From contig NC_068987.1 in assembly GCF_001194135.2 (NCBI RefSeq), positions 89,566,919-89,630,918 of the forward strand: 64,000 bases of DNA, given 5' to 3'. Numbering within the stretch: the first letter of the stretch is position 1; each line of letters begins with the position of its first letter. The notes beneath the pieces were generated by a model that saw only the letters and a program-made list of their open reading frames with translations, was not told the origin of the DNA and ran no database searches. The position numbers were made by a program, and so were the translations under genes. Shown in pieces: positions 13,601 to 23,401 of this stretch. The DNA comes from Octopus bimaculoides (Eukaryota).

Positions 13601-16600
13601 AGCAGAACATACTTGAATAAAGCAGGCAGTAGACACTAAGTATGACATTTGACAGCAACTACCAAACTAATAGAATATTAGCATCATTTAATGAAGATCC
13701 AGCTAATTATAATTCACGGAGGATAATTTAGAGCAAAACCTCAGATTAACGATACATGGGATCTACTTCTTATTCTAAATTAAGATTGTATAATCTTCTT
13801 CACACCTTTAGAAGGATGGATAAAGTAAAAACATCATCACTTTCTGCAAAGATTTTGGAGTTAAAAAACAAAAATGTTGATTTTTATCTAAAGTGGAGCA
13901 TTGTTAGACACACTAAATTGTTTGTTAGTGATAGATGTATGGAATTGTTGGAAATCTTAAATCTTAAATGAAACAATTGTAGCAATACCAAATAATCCAT
14001 TTGAATATTTTTATTGTGTAAAGACACATGGCTCGTTGGTTAGAGTGTCAGGCTCACAATCATGAGGTAGTGAGTTCGATTCTGGGCTGTGTGTTGTGTT
14101 CTTGAGCAAGACACTTTATTTCACATTGCTCCAGTTAACTCAGCTGTAGAAATGAGTTGCGACATCACTGGTGCCAGGCTGCATCAGCCTTTGTCTTTCT
14201 CTTGGATAACATCGGTGGCATGGAGAGGGGAGGCTGGTATGCATGGGCGACTGCTGGTCTTCCATAAACAACCTTGCCCGGACTTGTGCCTCGGAGGGGA
14301 ACATTCTAGATGCAATCCCATGGTCATTCATGTGTGTGTATGCATGTGTGTCTATGTATAATTGTGTGTGTAAACTTGTCTAGCCATCATGTAATGGTTG
14401 TAAATGAGCATCATGCATCATCATACAAGCAAGGTTGCTTGCAGCCTTCTGTAGAAAGCATGCTTAGCCATGAGAAAATATTACCTTACTTAGTAACAAG
14501 TGATAGTTGGTGACAAGGAGAGATCTGGCTGTAGAAAAACTGCCTCAGCAGGATCCATCTGCCCATGCAAACATGTAAAAGTAAATGTTAAAATAATGCA
14601 TATTTTGTGTTGTTTTTTTTCTTCTCACTTCACATTTGGATCTAATCTATGTAACTGGATACACAATTGGTGAAATGTTATACGTTTATATCCTCATTAA
14701 CTTTGTATGTTTCTTTGCCATTTCAGGTTTATCAGGTATTTTCTAGATGTCTTCTTTTCTTGTTTTTATCAGATTAAAACTATCTGACCTCAGTATTCAG
14801 TGCAAAAACCTTGAAGGAATGAGCAATATTCTGTGGCAACAAAATGCCACCCATGTAGCAACATTTGGTAACTCCCCAGTTGAGTTTGTTGCTGACTGGT
14901 TGACAATATTTGAACAGAATAAACCTCCACAGCCTCAGGTTAGAATCGATTCTATTTAGTATCTACTAAAATTATAAAATCTTGCCTTTCTCTCTTTTTT
15001 TCTTTTCTTTTTTTTTTTGTCTGCCATGTTTTGTATAGACATGGGTGTGTGGTTAAGAAGTTTGCCTTCTGACCATATGGTTTCAGGTTCAGTCCATCTG
15101 CATGGCATCCTGGGCAAGTGTCTTCCATGCCAACAAAGCCTTAGGAGTAGATTTGGTAGATGGAAACTAAAAGAAGCTTGTCATTTGCATGTGTGTGTGT
15201 GTATCTGTGTGTGAGTATGAGTTGGTGTCTTGATATTGCATGGTAGTTGTACATGAGTGTCAGTGTTATACTCTGGTTTACACCAATCACTTTATTCCCC
15301 ACCCCCACACTTTGTGCATCCATGCAGAGTCTCTACTCCCCATTTGCTCTTCTTTGGCAATACCCTGCCACTTATATTATGACCTCTGTACCTTGATGGT
15401 ATGCCCTGGCACTTGCCCTCATCTCTCTCTCTCTCTCTCTCTCTGCCTTTACTCTACAATCCCATTTATATTCTGATCCCTATTCTTTGTAAGTATGCCC
15501 TGACACTTTGATACCATCTCTCTCCTGCTCTCTCTTTCACTCTTGCTATCTTCCACTCTCTCTCTCTCTCACGCTTCTCTCTGGCTGGGTGACCATGTAT
15601 GTATCTCCTCTACAGCAGCACACCTGTTTCTGTTCTCATTCTTGACCACTCTCTCTCTCTGGCTGGGTAACCATGTACCTCCCCTGCAGCAAGGCACCTG
15701 TTTCTGTCTGTCTGTCACACTAACCTTTTATCATCTAGCACAAGATCACCGCCTCCAATGCCCCTCCCCTCTTAAAGGATCTTTGTCTTGCAACTTACTT
15801 GATGACCCTGCCAGTGCTGGTGCCACATAAAAAGCATCCAATCCACACTGAAAAGTGGTTGGTGTTTGGAAGAGCATCCAGCTGTAAGAAACTGACTTCA
15901 CCTGTACTGGTGCCATGTAAAAAGCACTCAGTCCACTCTGTGGGGTGGTCGGTGTTAGGAAGGGCGTCCAGCCATAAAAACCATGCCAAAACACACACAG
16001 AAGTCTGGTGCAGTCTTCTGTCAGGTCAGCTCCTCTCAAACCGTCCAACTCATGCCAGCATGGAAAGTGGACATTAAAAGACGATGACGATGATGATGAT
16101 GACTGTTTTATGGCTGTTTCATTTGTTTCCAGTTTTCAATAAAAAGCATGTTTGGCCATGGAGAAATATTGTCTTACCTGGAAACAGGTGAAGATTAGCA
16201 ACAGAGAGAGTATCTGACTGTAGAAAATCTGCCTCAAAAAATTCCATGCGATCCATACAAGCAAGGAAAAGCAGATTTTAAAACAGTGAGATGATAAGAG
16301 TTACAATAGAATGTACATAAATGAATTGTTACAGAATTTTTTAATAAATGTAATGGTTTGTCTTTTAATTGATATTATTTTGTTTTTTTTACTCAGTTTG
16401 AAGCACCAGACCAATGCACCCAAGTTGTTACAGGAATGCAGATACAAGTATTATATGCTAAAGTTGGATCCATTAATAATCCTCAGCCAAAGATTATTGG
16501 GGTTTCTTTAACCTATGAAAAACCAAAGACAATATCATTACAGGTATAATCTTAATAGATAATTTAATTATCTAAATCAATAACTCAGTTATGTTTCAAT

Positions 16601-18864
16601 TAATAACAATTCAATTCTGTCAGTCTTACGTTTGTTTTTAGTCTTATTTTGTCTCCTTAATAGACACAGACATGGCTGTGTTGTGAGAAGTTTACTTCCC
16701 AGCCACATGATTTTGGGTTCTGTCTGATCATGTGGTACCTTGGGCAAGTGTCTTCTACTTTAACCCTGAGTTGACCAATGCCTTGTGAATGAATTTAGTA
16801 GACAGAAACTGAAAGAAGCCTGTTGTGTGTGTGAGTTTTCTTGCCTTGATATTTTGTGATAGTCGTAAGCAAATGTCACTGTGCTGCAAGCGGTCTCCTT
16901 TGTTCCCAGTCATCTGTAAAAGCATGTCTGGTCATGCAGAAACATTACATTACTTGGAAACAGGCAAAGGTTAGCAACAAGATGGGCTGTAGAAAAATCT
17001 ACCTCAACAAATGTCTGTCTGACTCATGCAAGCTTGAGAAAATAGACGTTAGATGAATTGTTTTAACATATTTAATGCGAAGTGGAAATGTTCTTGGTGC
17101 ATAAGAAAAAAAAATTATATTTAGTTTCGTTAGATTGTTTAATCGTGAATAATTGTTTACAGTTTCTGAAATGCAAATGTTAAGACCCTGAATTATTTAT
17201 GATTTTTAAAAATATTCAGAAATGTTATTTGTTAGTTCCCTGGTAACTACTATTTCCTCCATGATGGCTCTCTGATACTAAAAATTAAAAATTACTTGGT
17301 AGATGATGATGCTTTGGAAGAGACACTGAATAAGAATTAACCACAAAAGCAACCTAATAGGAAAGAAATGATTAAAATGAATTGGGTGTTATGGGAAATA
17401 AAATTGCCCCAAACCATTGACCCCCCACCCCCATTAAAGATTGCCATCATTTAGTATGTTAAGAGCAAATCAATAATGTAAAGATCATTTCTTTCCCGAG
17501 CTATTGGCCATGGATAGTTATTCTAGATATGAGTAATAAGTTGAGTGAAATGTCTCCACCTGTAATGTACCTTATGTCGCATATCTGTTCACTCAGAGTT
17601 TACCAACACAAGACAGCTCTTGCGCAAATGAAAGCCAGAGATGACTTTGTAATGATGTAAATTGATCAGGTTTAATATCTCAAATCTTACACAATATTTA
17701 TATGAGGATGGAAATTCATGGATACTTCAGACTTATTGAAACTATGCAAAACTGACTGTAAAACTTCAAATATCAATGAATGTTGATAAAGAAAAAATAA
17801 GTAAGTAGAATTGGTATCAAATTATTAACTCAAAGGTCTGGAGTTCAAACCCACTGCAAGCATCTGATTGTGTATTTAGGCAGTACACTTAATCTGTAGT
17901 TTACCTAGATGTTGGAAACAGACAACAGATTACCTGAGAATATTACTCAAGATTAATTAATATCAATTTTTATCTTTCATCCACTTAACACTACTCAATC
18001 AGAATTAAGCACCACCTTGAAAACCATTTGAGGCTTACAAGATAATTCATATTTCATAGTCATAGTGCAGTTTTATTTCAAATCTTTACCTTCTTTCCAG
18101 CTGCTCTCATCCATCATTTTACAATGTGAAGTAGCCATGTATCTCCCCTGGGCTTCTTTCTCTATCATACTTTAACCTCTCAACATCTTGACTAAAACTA
18201 CTGCCCCACCTCTCAAATGCTAACCCCCACCACCACTTAGTTGTGGGAGCTTTTTCCTTTGTTTTGTTCTTTCTTATCTTACAAGTTACTTTGTGATGTC
18301 CCTAATGCCAGTGACATGAAAAAAACAAAGCATCCACTACACACTGTAAAGAGGTTGGCATTAACAAGGGCATCAAGACATAAAAACCATGCCTATGCAG
18401 ACATAGAGCTTGACAGGGACCTGAGGCTTGTTGGATCCTGATTAACCATCCAACTTATGCTGGCATGCAAAACAAACATTAAATGATGACGATGACGATG
18501 AACTCTAGACCACTTCAATTTCGATCAGTAGGCAATAAAAGAGTAAATTGTATTAATTTTTAGAACAAAATGAAAATTCTGAATTATTTATTCCATCTCT
18601 ATTTTGTTTCAGTGTAATAACCTCATATGTGATCCAACAAACTATGATAAAGAGTACAGGATTGAACTGGTAACGTCTGTAGCATTTCAAGATGTCTCTG
18701 AGCCAGCTTTGAAGTATTTTACAAGACCTCCCCCACAAGAGGGTGGATTACCATTTGATTTCTTCTATCCTTTTTATTCAAATGGTTCAGTAAAGAACTA
18801 TGAGCAAGTTTCAACAATATATTTTACAATATTTGCCATATTTCAAATGTTTCTTTTGCTATGA
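1..18864 (+). CDS. TCTN: Tectonic family (TCTN1/2/3 co-ortholog, DUF1619) gene, 5'-truncated by the window: join(<1..6,3531..3603,6151..6317,7896..8021,10418..10521,12198..12332,14773..14938,16397..16543,18613..18864)
   Basis: All junctions are GT-AG and phases chain without a break (1176 nt, 391 aa + stop). The product has tectonic hallmarks: KCMNVV, RSGNPGYIRGEPLLAG, VPVTFGVDMRSGC, HVATFGNS, GSINNPQPKIIG, LVTSVAFQDVS and LPFDFFYPF. Family recognised from memory; paralog assignment needs BLAST or phylogeny. Confidence 0.93.
140..500 (+). mobile_element. RTE 3'UTR/tail copy
   Basis: Same tail motifs: AGGAAGGGCATTCAGCTGTAGAAA and CCAACCCATGCCAGCATGG. Confidence 0.85.
591..1320 (+). mobile_element. 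RTE-clade LINE, 3' end (RT C-terminus plus 3'UTR, spans a gap)
   Basis: MLRWMCNV...RRLRWYGHVVRM...EGTRGRGRPRKTW, then the family 3' tail ending CCATGCTAGCATGGAAAGCGGACGTTAAAC(GAT)n. Confidence 0.93.
859..1025. other. Assembly gap
   Basis: N run; 10-N gaps also occur at 27879, 35541, 52811 and 62488. Confidence 1.
1385..1670 (+). mobile_element. tRNA-derived SINE, family with TTGCTCCAGTTCACTCA central domain
   Basis: A-box-like TGGCTTAGTGG and B-box GAGTTCAATTCC; sister copies at 14025..14330 (+) and 34200..34500 (-). Confidence 0.75.
1730..2260 (-). mobile_element. RTE LINE 3' coding fragment, decayed
   Basis: FSLKMKGKVYRSCVRAEMLYGSETWSL in ORF 2092..2313. Confidence 0.85.
2665..3010 (+). 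mobile_element. tRNA-derived CORE-like SINE with microsatellite spacer and 3' module
   Basis: Head GCTGTGTGGTTAAGAAGCTTGC...GGTTCAGTCCCACT, body TTGTGAGTGAATTTGG...GGAAACTG, tail CCAGCATGGCCACAGTC...TGAAAC. Further copies at about 4100-4265(-), 12500-12660, 15040-15185, 16670-16825, 22640-22770(-), 43825-43985, 45760-46090, 46405-46740, 51305-51670, 52340-52535, 52820-52975, 59800-59955(-), 63365-63530. Confidence 0.85.
3531..3603 (+). CDS. TCTN: Tectonic exon (TPKVFKESFLKMLLNKTASSRSKS-G)
   Basis: Acceptor ttattttccAG, donor CAG|GTATGC. 73 nt with one open frame, ending in phase 1 as the next exon requires. No recognisable motif. Confidence 0.7.
5012..5350 (-). mobile_element. Mariner (DD34D) transposase C-terminal fragment
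   Basis: LLLHDNAHPY...HPAYNPDLAPSDYHIF...YVEK*; 34 residues separate the second and third catalytic Asp. Confidence 0.93.
5380..5790 (+). mobile_element. RTE 3'UTR/tail copy with internal tandem subrepeats
   Basis: Repeated GGTGGCACGTAAAAAGCACC-like modules, then the canonical tail and (GAT)n. Similar copies at 15810-16100, 48980-49330, 54930-55290; minus copies at 4765-4855, 48110-48340, 61135-61345, 62000-62200. Confidence 0.9.
6151..6317 (+). CDS. TCTN: Tectonic exon (GNKLGFDLYNSKYAIAISNITLCSDSGCFNPSEFSRSANQFAPMLSGSKCMNVVNK)
   Basis: Acceptor ttacttttAG, donor AAG|GTAGGA; 167 nt, phase 1 to 0; matches the tectonic CxNVV motif. Confidence 0.9.
7747..7782. repeat. (TA)n microsatellite
   Basis: Direct reading. 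Confidence 0.97.
7896..8021 (+). CDS. TCTN: Tectonic exon (VVYHFIHNGTYGIISVRVALNLIDLTQSDLPFTQTFSTEFQE)
   Basis: Poly-T acceptor, donor GAG|GTAATA; 126 nt, phase 0 to 0; absent from the ORF track. Confidence 0.92.
8110..8437 (+). mobile_element. RTE 3'UTR/tail copy
   Basis: Canonical tail; faces a minus copy at 8562..8830. Confidence 0.85.
8562..8830 (-). mobile_element. RTE 3'UTR/tail copy
   Basis: (ATC)n TTTAACGTCCGCTTTCCATG... on +, i.e. the reverse complement of the tail. Confidence 0.88.
9498..9730 (+). mobile_element. Solo LTR-like element with 5-bp TSD
   Basis: Termini TGTT...AACA; ATGTT at both 9493-9497 and 9731-9735; internal AATAAA; sister copy at 26368..26635 (-). Confidence 0.75.
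10418..10521 (+). CDS. TCTN: Tectonic exon (LEAEDNAYFKRSGNPGYIRGEPLLAGTKINLPTG-R)
   Basis: ttttcAG acceptor, CG|GTAAAG donor; 104 nt, phase 0 to 2; contains the SGNPGY signature. Confidence 0.95.
10626..10693. repeat. (CT)n microsatellite
   Basis: Direct reading. Confidence 0.98.
10923..10981. repeat. Two-copy ~31-bp tandem duplication
   Basis: ATATTATCTTTTAATTG(A/G)TTAAATGAAT occurs twice. Confidence 0.85.
11040..11700 (+). mobile_element. Decayed protein-coding relic, probably DNA-transposon derived
   Basis: Broken frames ELPTVRDILRL...LCQWTKANTQFKLPVI, TLFGILSCS and HIDCRCSREKKIPSLELNFISSQRTKVGGQGSMQMG; no catalytic motif seen. Confidence 0.5.
12198..12332 (+). CDS. TCTN: Tectonic exon (SIINLSSDRTNWLTIPQPSPDGSCSGKSRVPVTFGVDMRSGCFL-K)
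   Basis: ctttcAG acceptor, AA|GTAAGT donor; 135 nt, phase 2 to 2. Confidence 0.95.
12700..13510 (+). mobile_element. RTE LINE 3' end (RT C-terminus contiguous with 3'UTR and (GAT)n tail)
   Basis: LEVVDSFCYLGD...AARIKIGWANFRELLPLLVTKGFSLRLKGRLYNACV...HGSET. This copy shows that the abundant tail family is the LINE's own 3'UTR. Confidence 0.93.
13750..13960 (+). mobile_element. Penelope-like element, GIY-YIG endonuclease fragment
   Basis: GSTSYSKLRLYNLLHTFR...SSLSAKILELKNKNVDFYLKWSIV resembles the PLE endonuclease C-terminal pattern (NH..SF...LS..IW.LK......KW.I). Confidence 0.7.
14025..14330 (+). mobile_element. tRNA-derived SINE with well-preserved A/B boxes
   Basis: TGGCTCGTTGGTTAGAGT...GAGTTCGATTCT, then CTTGAGCAAGACACTTTA and TTGCTCCAGTTAACTCAGCTG. 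Confidence 0.8.
14773..14938 (+). CDS. TCTN: Tectonic exon (LKLSDLSIQCKNLEGMSNILWQQNATHVATFGNSPVEFVADWLTIFEQNKPPQPQ)
   Basis: ttttatcAG acceptor, CAG|GTTAGA donor; 166 nt, phase 2 to 0. Confidence 0.94.
16397..16543 (+). CDS. TCTN: Tectonic exon (FEAPDQCTQVVTGMQIQVLYAKVGSINNPQPKIIGVSLTYEKPKTISLQ)
   Basis: ttttactcAG acceptor, CAG|GTATAA donor; 147 nt, phase 0 to 0. Confidence 0.95.
18613..18864 (+). CDS. TCTN: Tectonic terminal exon (CNNLICDPTNYDKEYRIELVTSVAFQDVSEPALKYFTRPPPQEGGLPFDFFYPFYSNGSVKNYEQVSTIYFTIFAIFQMFLLL*)
   Basis: ttgtttcAG acceptor; TGA at 18862-18864; LPFDFFYPF motif followed by a hydrophobic C-terminus. Confidence 0.95.
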   Translation, partial: CNNLICDPTNYDKEYRIELVTSVAFQDVSEPALKYFTRPPPQEGGLPFDFFYPFYSNGSVKNYEQVSTIYFTIFAIFQMFLLL

Positions 18865-19127
18865 AAATTGTCCTACAAATCTAGGTTAATCTTCAAGAAA
18901 ACATTCTTGGACATCTTATTTTTGTCTTTTTAGACATTCCCTCCATAATTCAGCACAATATTCTATAATTTCATTCTATCTCATGAGGTGCTGGACCCAA
19001 ACAACCTGCTGTATATAGTGAATTGTTTAAGGGCAGAAATTCTGAATGATTACTGACTGGGTCCATGTTGACCTGTCCAACACATACCAGCATGGGAAGT
19101 GGACATAGAACAACAATGATATATATC

Positions 19128-19133
19128 AATAAA
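19128..19133 (+). terminator. Candidate polyadenylation signal of tectonic
   Basis: An AATAAA about 265 nt after the stop; another lies at 19452. AATAAA is common in AT-rich DNA. Confidence 0.25.
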
Positions 19134-19526
19134 TATGCCGGAGAACCTCCCAAAACTAGACACCAATATCTAAATATTATTGGAGCCTAATTAGGTTACC
19201 TGTGAAAGAAAAACTGAACAATACCAGAGTAAGCAATCCACAAATGAAAGACAACTTTGAATAACAAAACTAAAAGATAAAAAATCCGTAATGGTGCAAA
19301 GCAAACGTGTATTCCCATCATCAGCTGCTACACATGATATCCTGTGTGTACAGATAGATCACTATGATCTGTTGTCGTTCAGCATCCAGTAGCACTTGGA
19401 ACATCCACTGCAGAAGATACTGATAGCTTTAATGGTGAAATGTACACAGGGAATAAATGATGTAAAACTTGTATCTATCATAATTTCTCGCACACACTCA
19501 CATATGTATATATGTATATGTATATC

Positions 19527-19574
<48 letters not shown>

Positions 19575-20298
19575 CACACACATTGATACCAGTGCTGATG
19601 CCATGTATAAAGCACCCAGTACACTCTAGAGTGGTTGGCATTAGGAAGGGCATCCAGCCCTAGGAACCATGAAAAAACAGACAATGGAGCCTGGTGCAGC
19701 CTCTGGCTTTGCCAGCTCCTGTCAAACCGTCCAACCCATGCCAGCATCGAAAACATGTTTAATGATGATGATATGTGAATATCACTTACTTGAAAAACAA
19801 GTAAGGGTTGGTGACAGGAAGAGTGTCTAACTAAAAAAAAAACCTATGTTAGATAATACTCTGTCCAAACCCATGCTAGCATGGAAAACAAATGTTAAAC
19901 AATCAAATAAAGCAAGTGTGTGTATGTGTGTAGATTTATATATGTGTCGGTATGTGTGTATAACTAAAGCATTTAGTTGATCATACCACCATTTCTTCCA
20001 AGTTATCGGTGCAGCCTTCTGGCTTGCCAGCCCTCAGTCAAACCGTCCAACCCATGCTAGCATAGAAAATGGACGTTTCTTACGCAGAGTAATAAATTTG
20101 GGAAACCAATTCTCATATATTAGTTTACTTATTTTAACAGTTCTAGAAGAATGAAAAAGTTGATCCTAGTAGAATTCAAATTTACTATTTAGAAGGGTAA
20201 AATGAAATGCTGTGCCCCCATTTTTGTCAACTGATTGCTTCATTGGATTTCCTGAAATCAACACAAAAATGGGGATTGTTTGCTCATATTGATTTAAC

Positions 20299-20623
20299 TT
20301 AACCTATAACTACCATATTTGATTGTGTATTAGATGCAACCACATATTAGGTGTACCCCAATTTCCATGGCACATATTCAAGGAAAATGTTTTATGTACA
20401 TTAAAGCATTTAAACCGGACATATCTGGCCCAAAATGTTCTACCTGTTTTGTGATCAAACTGAACAAATCCAGCCTTTCACACTTACCCTACAATGTTGT
20501 TCTAAAAATAAGCAATTATATCATTGAAATCTTGAAACTACAAGATGATGCATGTTTACATCAACAGAGTGTGAATAGATAAGCATTTCATTTGATAGAG
20601 TAATCTAAATGCTAAGAGGTTAA
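20299..20623. mobile_element. TTAA-bounded non-autonomous element (piggyBac-like MITE)
   Basis: TTAACC...GGTTAA termini. A partial tandem copy (20624..21276) hosts the Penelope insertion; another copy at 55798..56018. Confidence 0.55.
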
Positions 20624-20852
20624 ACCAACCAAATCCAGCCCAAATATTCTACCTGTTTTATACTGAAACTGGCCACATCTGGCCTCTCCCACTTACTTTA
20701 CAATGTCATTCTAAAAAGAAACAAACACACTGTTGAAATCTCAAAGCTACAAGATAATACATAATAAATTCAAAACAGTGTGAATAAATAAGCATTACAT
20801 TATTTACATTACTTACAATTGACAGATATTTGTCCTCATCTTGTTTGTTGTT

Positions 20853-20895
20853 AACACGTTTCGGCTGATATACCCTCCAGCCTTCATCAGGTGTC
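20853..20895 (-). ncRNA. Hammerhead-ribozyme-like core, mirror copy
   Basis: The minus strand reads GACAC-CUGAUGA-A-GGCUG(10 nt)CAGCC-GAAA-C-GUGUU. Confidence 0.5.
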
Positions 20896-20964
20896 TTGGG
20901 GAAATTTCGAACCTGGGTTCTCATTCCTAAAGTATTTTTCGGTGTTGTTGTTGTTGTTGTTGTA

Positions 20965-21018
<54 letters not shown>

Positions 21019-21107
21019 TATTATTATCCAGGTCACTGAATAATAATAACAACAACAACATTGAAAAATACTTCAAGAATGAGAACCCAGGTTCGAAATT
21101 TCCCCAA

Positions 21108-21150
21108 GACACCTGATGAAGGCTGGAGGGTATATCAGCTGAAACGTGTT
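21108..21150 (+). ncRNA. Hammerhead-ribozyme-like core (probably defective)
   Basis: GACAC-CUGAUGA-A-GGCUG(10 nt)CAGCU-GAAA-C-GUGUU. Core boxes, stem II and stem I complementarity are present, but there is no NUH triplet before stem I. Confidence 0.5.
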
Positions 21151-21391
21151 AATAACAAACAAGATGAGGACACATATCCGTCAATTGTAAATAATGTAAA
21201 TAATTCTTCATCTCTTAAATATAAAACTGAAATAAGCATTACATTTGATTGAGTAATCTGAATGTTAATGGGTTAAAGTTTTCTAGCTTTTGGGAGGCCC
21301 AACTTCGCATATAGGACCCAGGAATATATTTTGAGACTTTTTTTTTTTTAAATGTGTGTTTTATATGCCACCAAATATGATATTGATCCCT

Positions 21392-21499
<108 letters not shown>

Positions 21500-21645
21500 A
21501 AATGCCGTCCATCAGACACAATGAACAGTTCCCAATGTTTGCTTGAGTTTGAAGCATAAATGTGGTCTGTACAGGTGTGTTTTTCAGCATGTGTGTGTGC
21601 ATGTATGCACATGTGTGTGTATATATATTTATGTGTGGGTGTGTT

Positions 21646-21862
21646 GAGGCAGCGAGCTGGCAAAATCATTAGCATGCCAGGCGGAATGCTTAGCGGTGTT
21701 TCATCTGTCACTACGTTCTGAGTTCAAATTCCATTGGGGTTGACTTTGCCTTTTATCCTTTCGGGGTTAATTAGATAAGTACCAGTTACGCACTGAGGTT
21801 GACGTAATTGACTTAAACCCTTCCCCAAAATTTGAGGCCTTGTGCTTCCAGTAGAAAGGATA
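21646..21862 (+). mobile_element. tRNA-derived Deu/Nin-domain-like SINE
   Basis: B-box GAGTTCAAATTCC followed by GTTGACTTTGCCTTTTATCCTTTCGGGGT...AAGTACCAGT. Other copies at 24650-24885(+), 29270-29800(-, interrupted), 47380-47520(-), 49760-49975(-). Confidence 0.75.
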
Positions 21863-22073
21863 TCTGTGTGTGTGTATATGTATCTGTCTGTATATGTATA
21901 TGTGTGTGTGTGTGTGTGTATATATATAGTTTACAATTTAAAGAAAAAATCCAGGAGAATATTACAAGGTAGCTAATTGTTGCTTAAGTGTCCCAGGATT
22001 TAAAACATGTAGAAGAATTCAAGATATAAATGGTTTAAAAACATCTTGAGAGTTTGTCTCCTTATTCAATTTT

Positions 22074-22075
<2 letters not shown>

Positions 22076-22117
<42 letters not shown>
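22076..22117. repeat. (TA)n microsatellite
   Basis: Direct reading. Confidence 0.97.
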
Positions 22118-22123
<6 letters not shown>

Positions 22124-23049
22124 AACACACACACAAATATATATTGATTTATACATTTGTTATTTTAACTGCAAAGGAAAGTTGTGTTATAGGCTGAGTC
22201 TGCGATTATGTATTTTAATTTTCATGAAAATGAATGGAATTAAATAAAAAAGTTATTAAAAAGTAAAGGAGTCCTGTTACATAATGTTTTTTGTCATCTG
22301 TGAGCAATTTTTAAGGATAAACACATGCTGCATGTGTTTTGTCATGTAGAGGCATCTGCTTAACATTTAGTGAAGTCATCATTATTTAATGTACACTTTT
22401 CCATGCTTGCAAGGATCAGATGGAAATTGTTGAGGCAGATTTTCTACTGCCAGATGTCCGTTTTTGTCACCAACCTTCACATGTTTCCAAGCAAGGTAAT
22501 ATTTTCCCATGGCTGGACACGTTTTTCATGGAAGATTGGAAACAGACAATTTCACTTGTATGTCAATGCTACTTATTTTCAACCTTTATGTCTAAATAGG
22601 AATACAAACACACATGTGAATGTGACATGCTTCTTCCAGTTTCTGCCTACCAAACTCACTCAAGATTTTGATCAGCTCGGAACTATAGTAGAAGACACTT
22701 ACCCAAAGTACTATGCAGTGGGACTGAACCTGAGACCACATGGTTGAAAAGCAAACTTCTCAACCACAGAGTATCAGAAATGGCTTCAACTGAAAATCAG
22801 AACTAAGTGTAGTATTTCAAAGGTATTTTTATTTATTTATTTATGCATTTCAGCCAAGTGGCTGCGATCATGCTGGTGCACCACCGTGATAAAAGTATAC
22901 TTACTTTTCAGCCATAAATTCATTTAAGGTAGAAAGAAAAGACATAGGCCTATACATGATGAATGTCTAGTGAGAACCATACAAAAGATGTACAGAGCTG
23001 CTGTCAATAAAGCCAGAGCAACTAGTACAGTGATGAATTTAGCATGCAA

Positions 23050-23330
23050 GTAGGAGTTCACCAGGGCTCAATTTTCAGTCCCCACCTTTTTATCATAATT
23101 CTCCAGAGCAGTTTAAGACAAGTTGCCCTTTGGATCTGCTGTATGCTGATGACCTTGTTTTTGTAGCTGAATCTGTAGTAGAACTAGAAAAGAAATTCCA
23201 AGTGTGCAAGAAAAACCTTGAATCAAAGGATCTTGAAGTTTTAGTAAGCAGGAAAACAAACAGGATTCTACTTCCATCGGAGAAATGACCCTGCTTGATC
23301 TATAGAAAAAGTGTAAGTAGAAATTCCATA
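23050..23330 (+). mobile_element. RTE reverse-transcriptase fragment
   Basis: VHQGSIFSPHLFIIIL / CPLDLLYADDLVFVAESVVELEKKF, frameshifted, with the YADD motif. Confidence 0.88.
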
Positions 23331-23394
23331 TAGTTCATTCAATGCAATCTATGCTTTAAAAAAAAGCAAATGGAAGTAAATATCCACAAACTGA

Positions 23395-23400
23395 TTTATT
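23395..23400 (-). terminator. Candidate polyadenylation signal of the CFAP97D-like gene
   Basis: The minus strand reads TAA G AATAAA, with the hexamer 1 nt after the stop codon. Confidence 0.4.
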
Positions 23401-23401
23401 C

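Larger units (their letters stand above)
20802..21229. mobile_element. Inverted pair of Penelope-like terminal repeats around an (ATT)n/(GTT)n spacer, flanked by a 16-bp direct repeat
   Basis: 20802..~20960 is the reverse complement of ~21045..21203; AAATAAGCATTACATT occurs at 20786-20801 and 21230-21245. Confidence 0.75.

Noticed and set aside
14025-14090. tRNA-like sequence with A and B boxes
   Set aside because: It has no acceptor stem and continues into a SINE body. The same applies to all other tRNA-like heads in the window; no true tRNA gene was found.
15575-15715. ~75-bp tandem duplication in CT-rich DNA
   Set aside because: Part of a degraded pyrimidine-rich repeat family also seen near 6760, 10700, 18130 and 61480; no sign of function.
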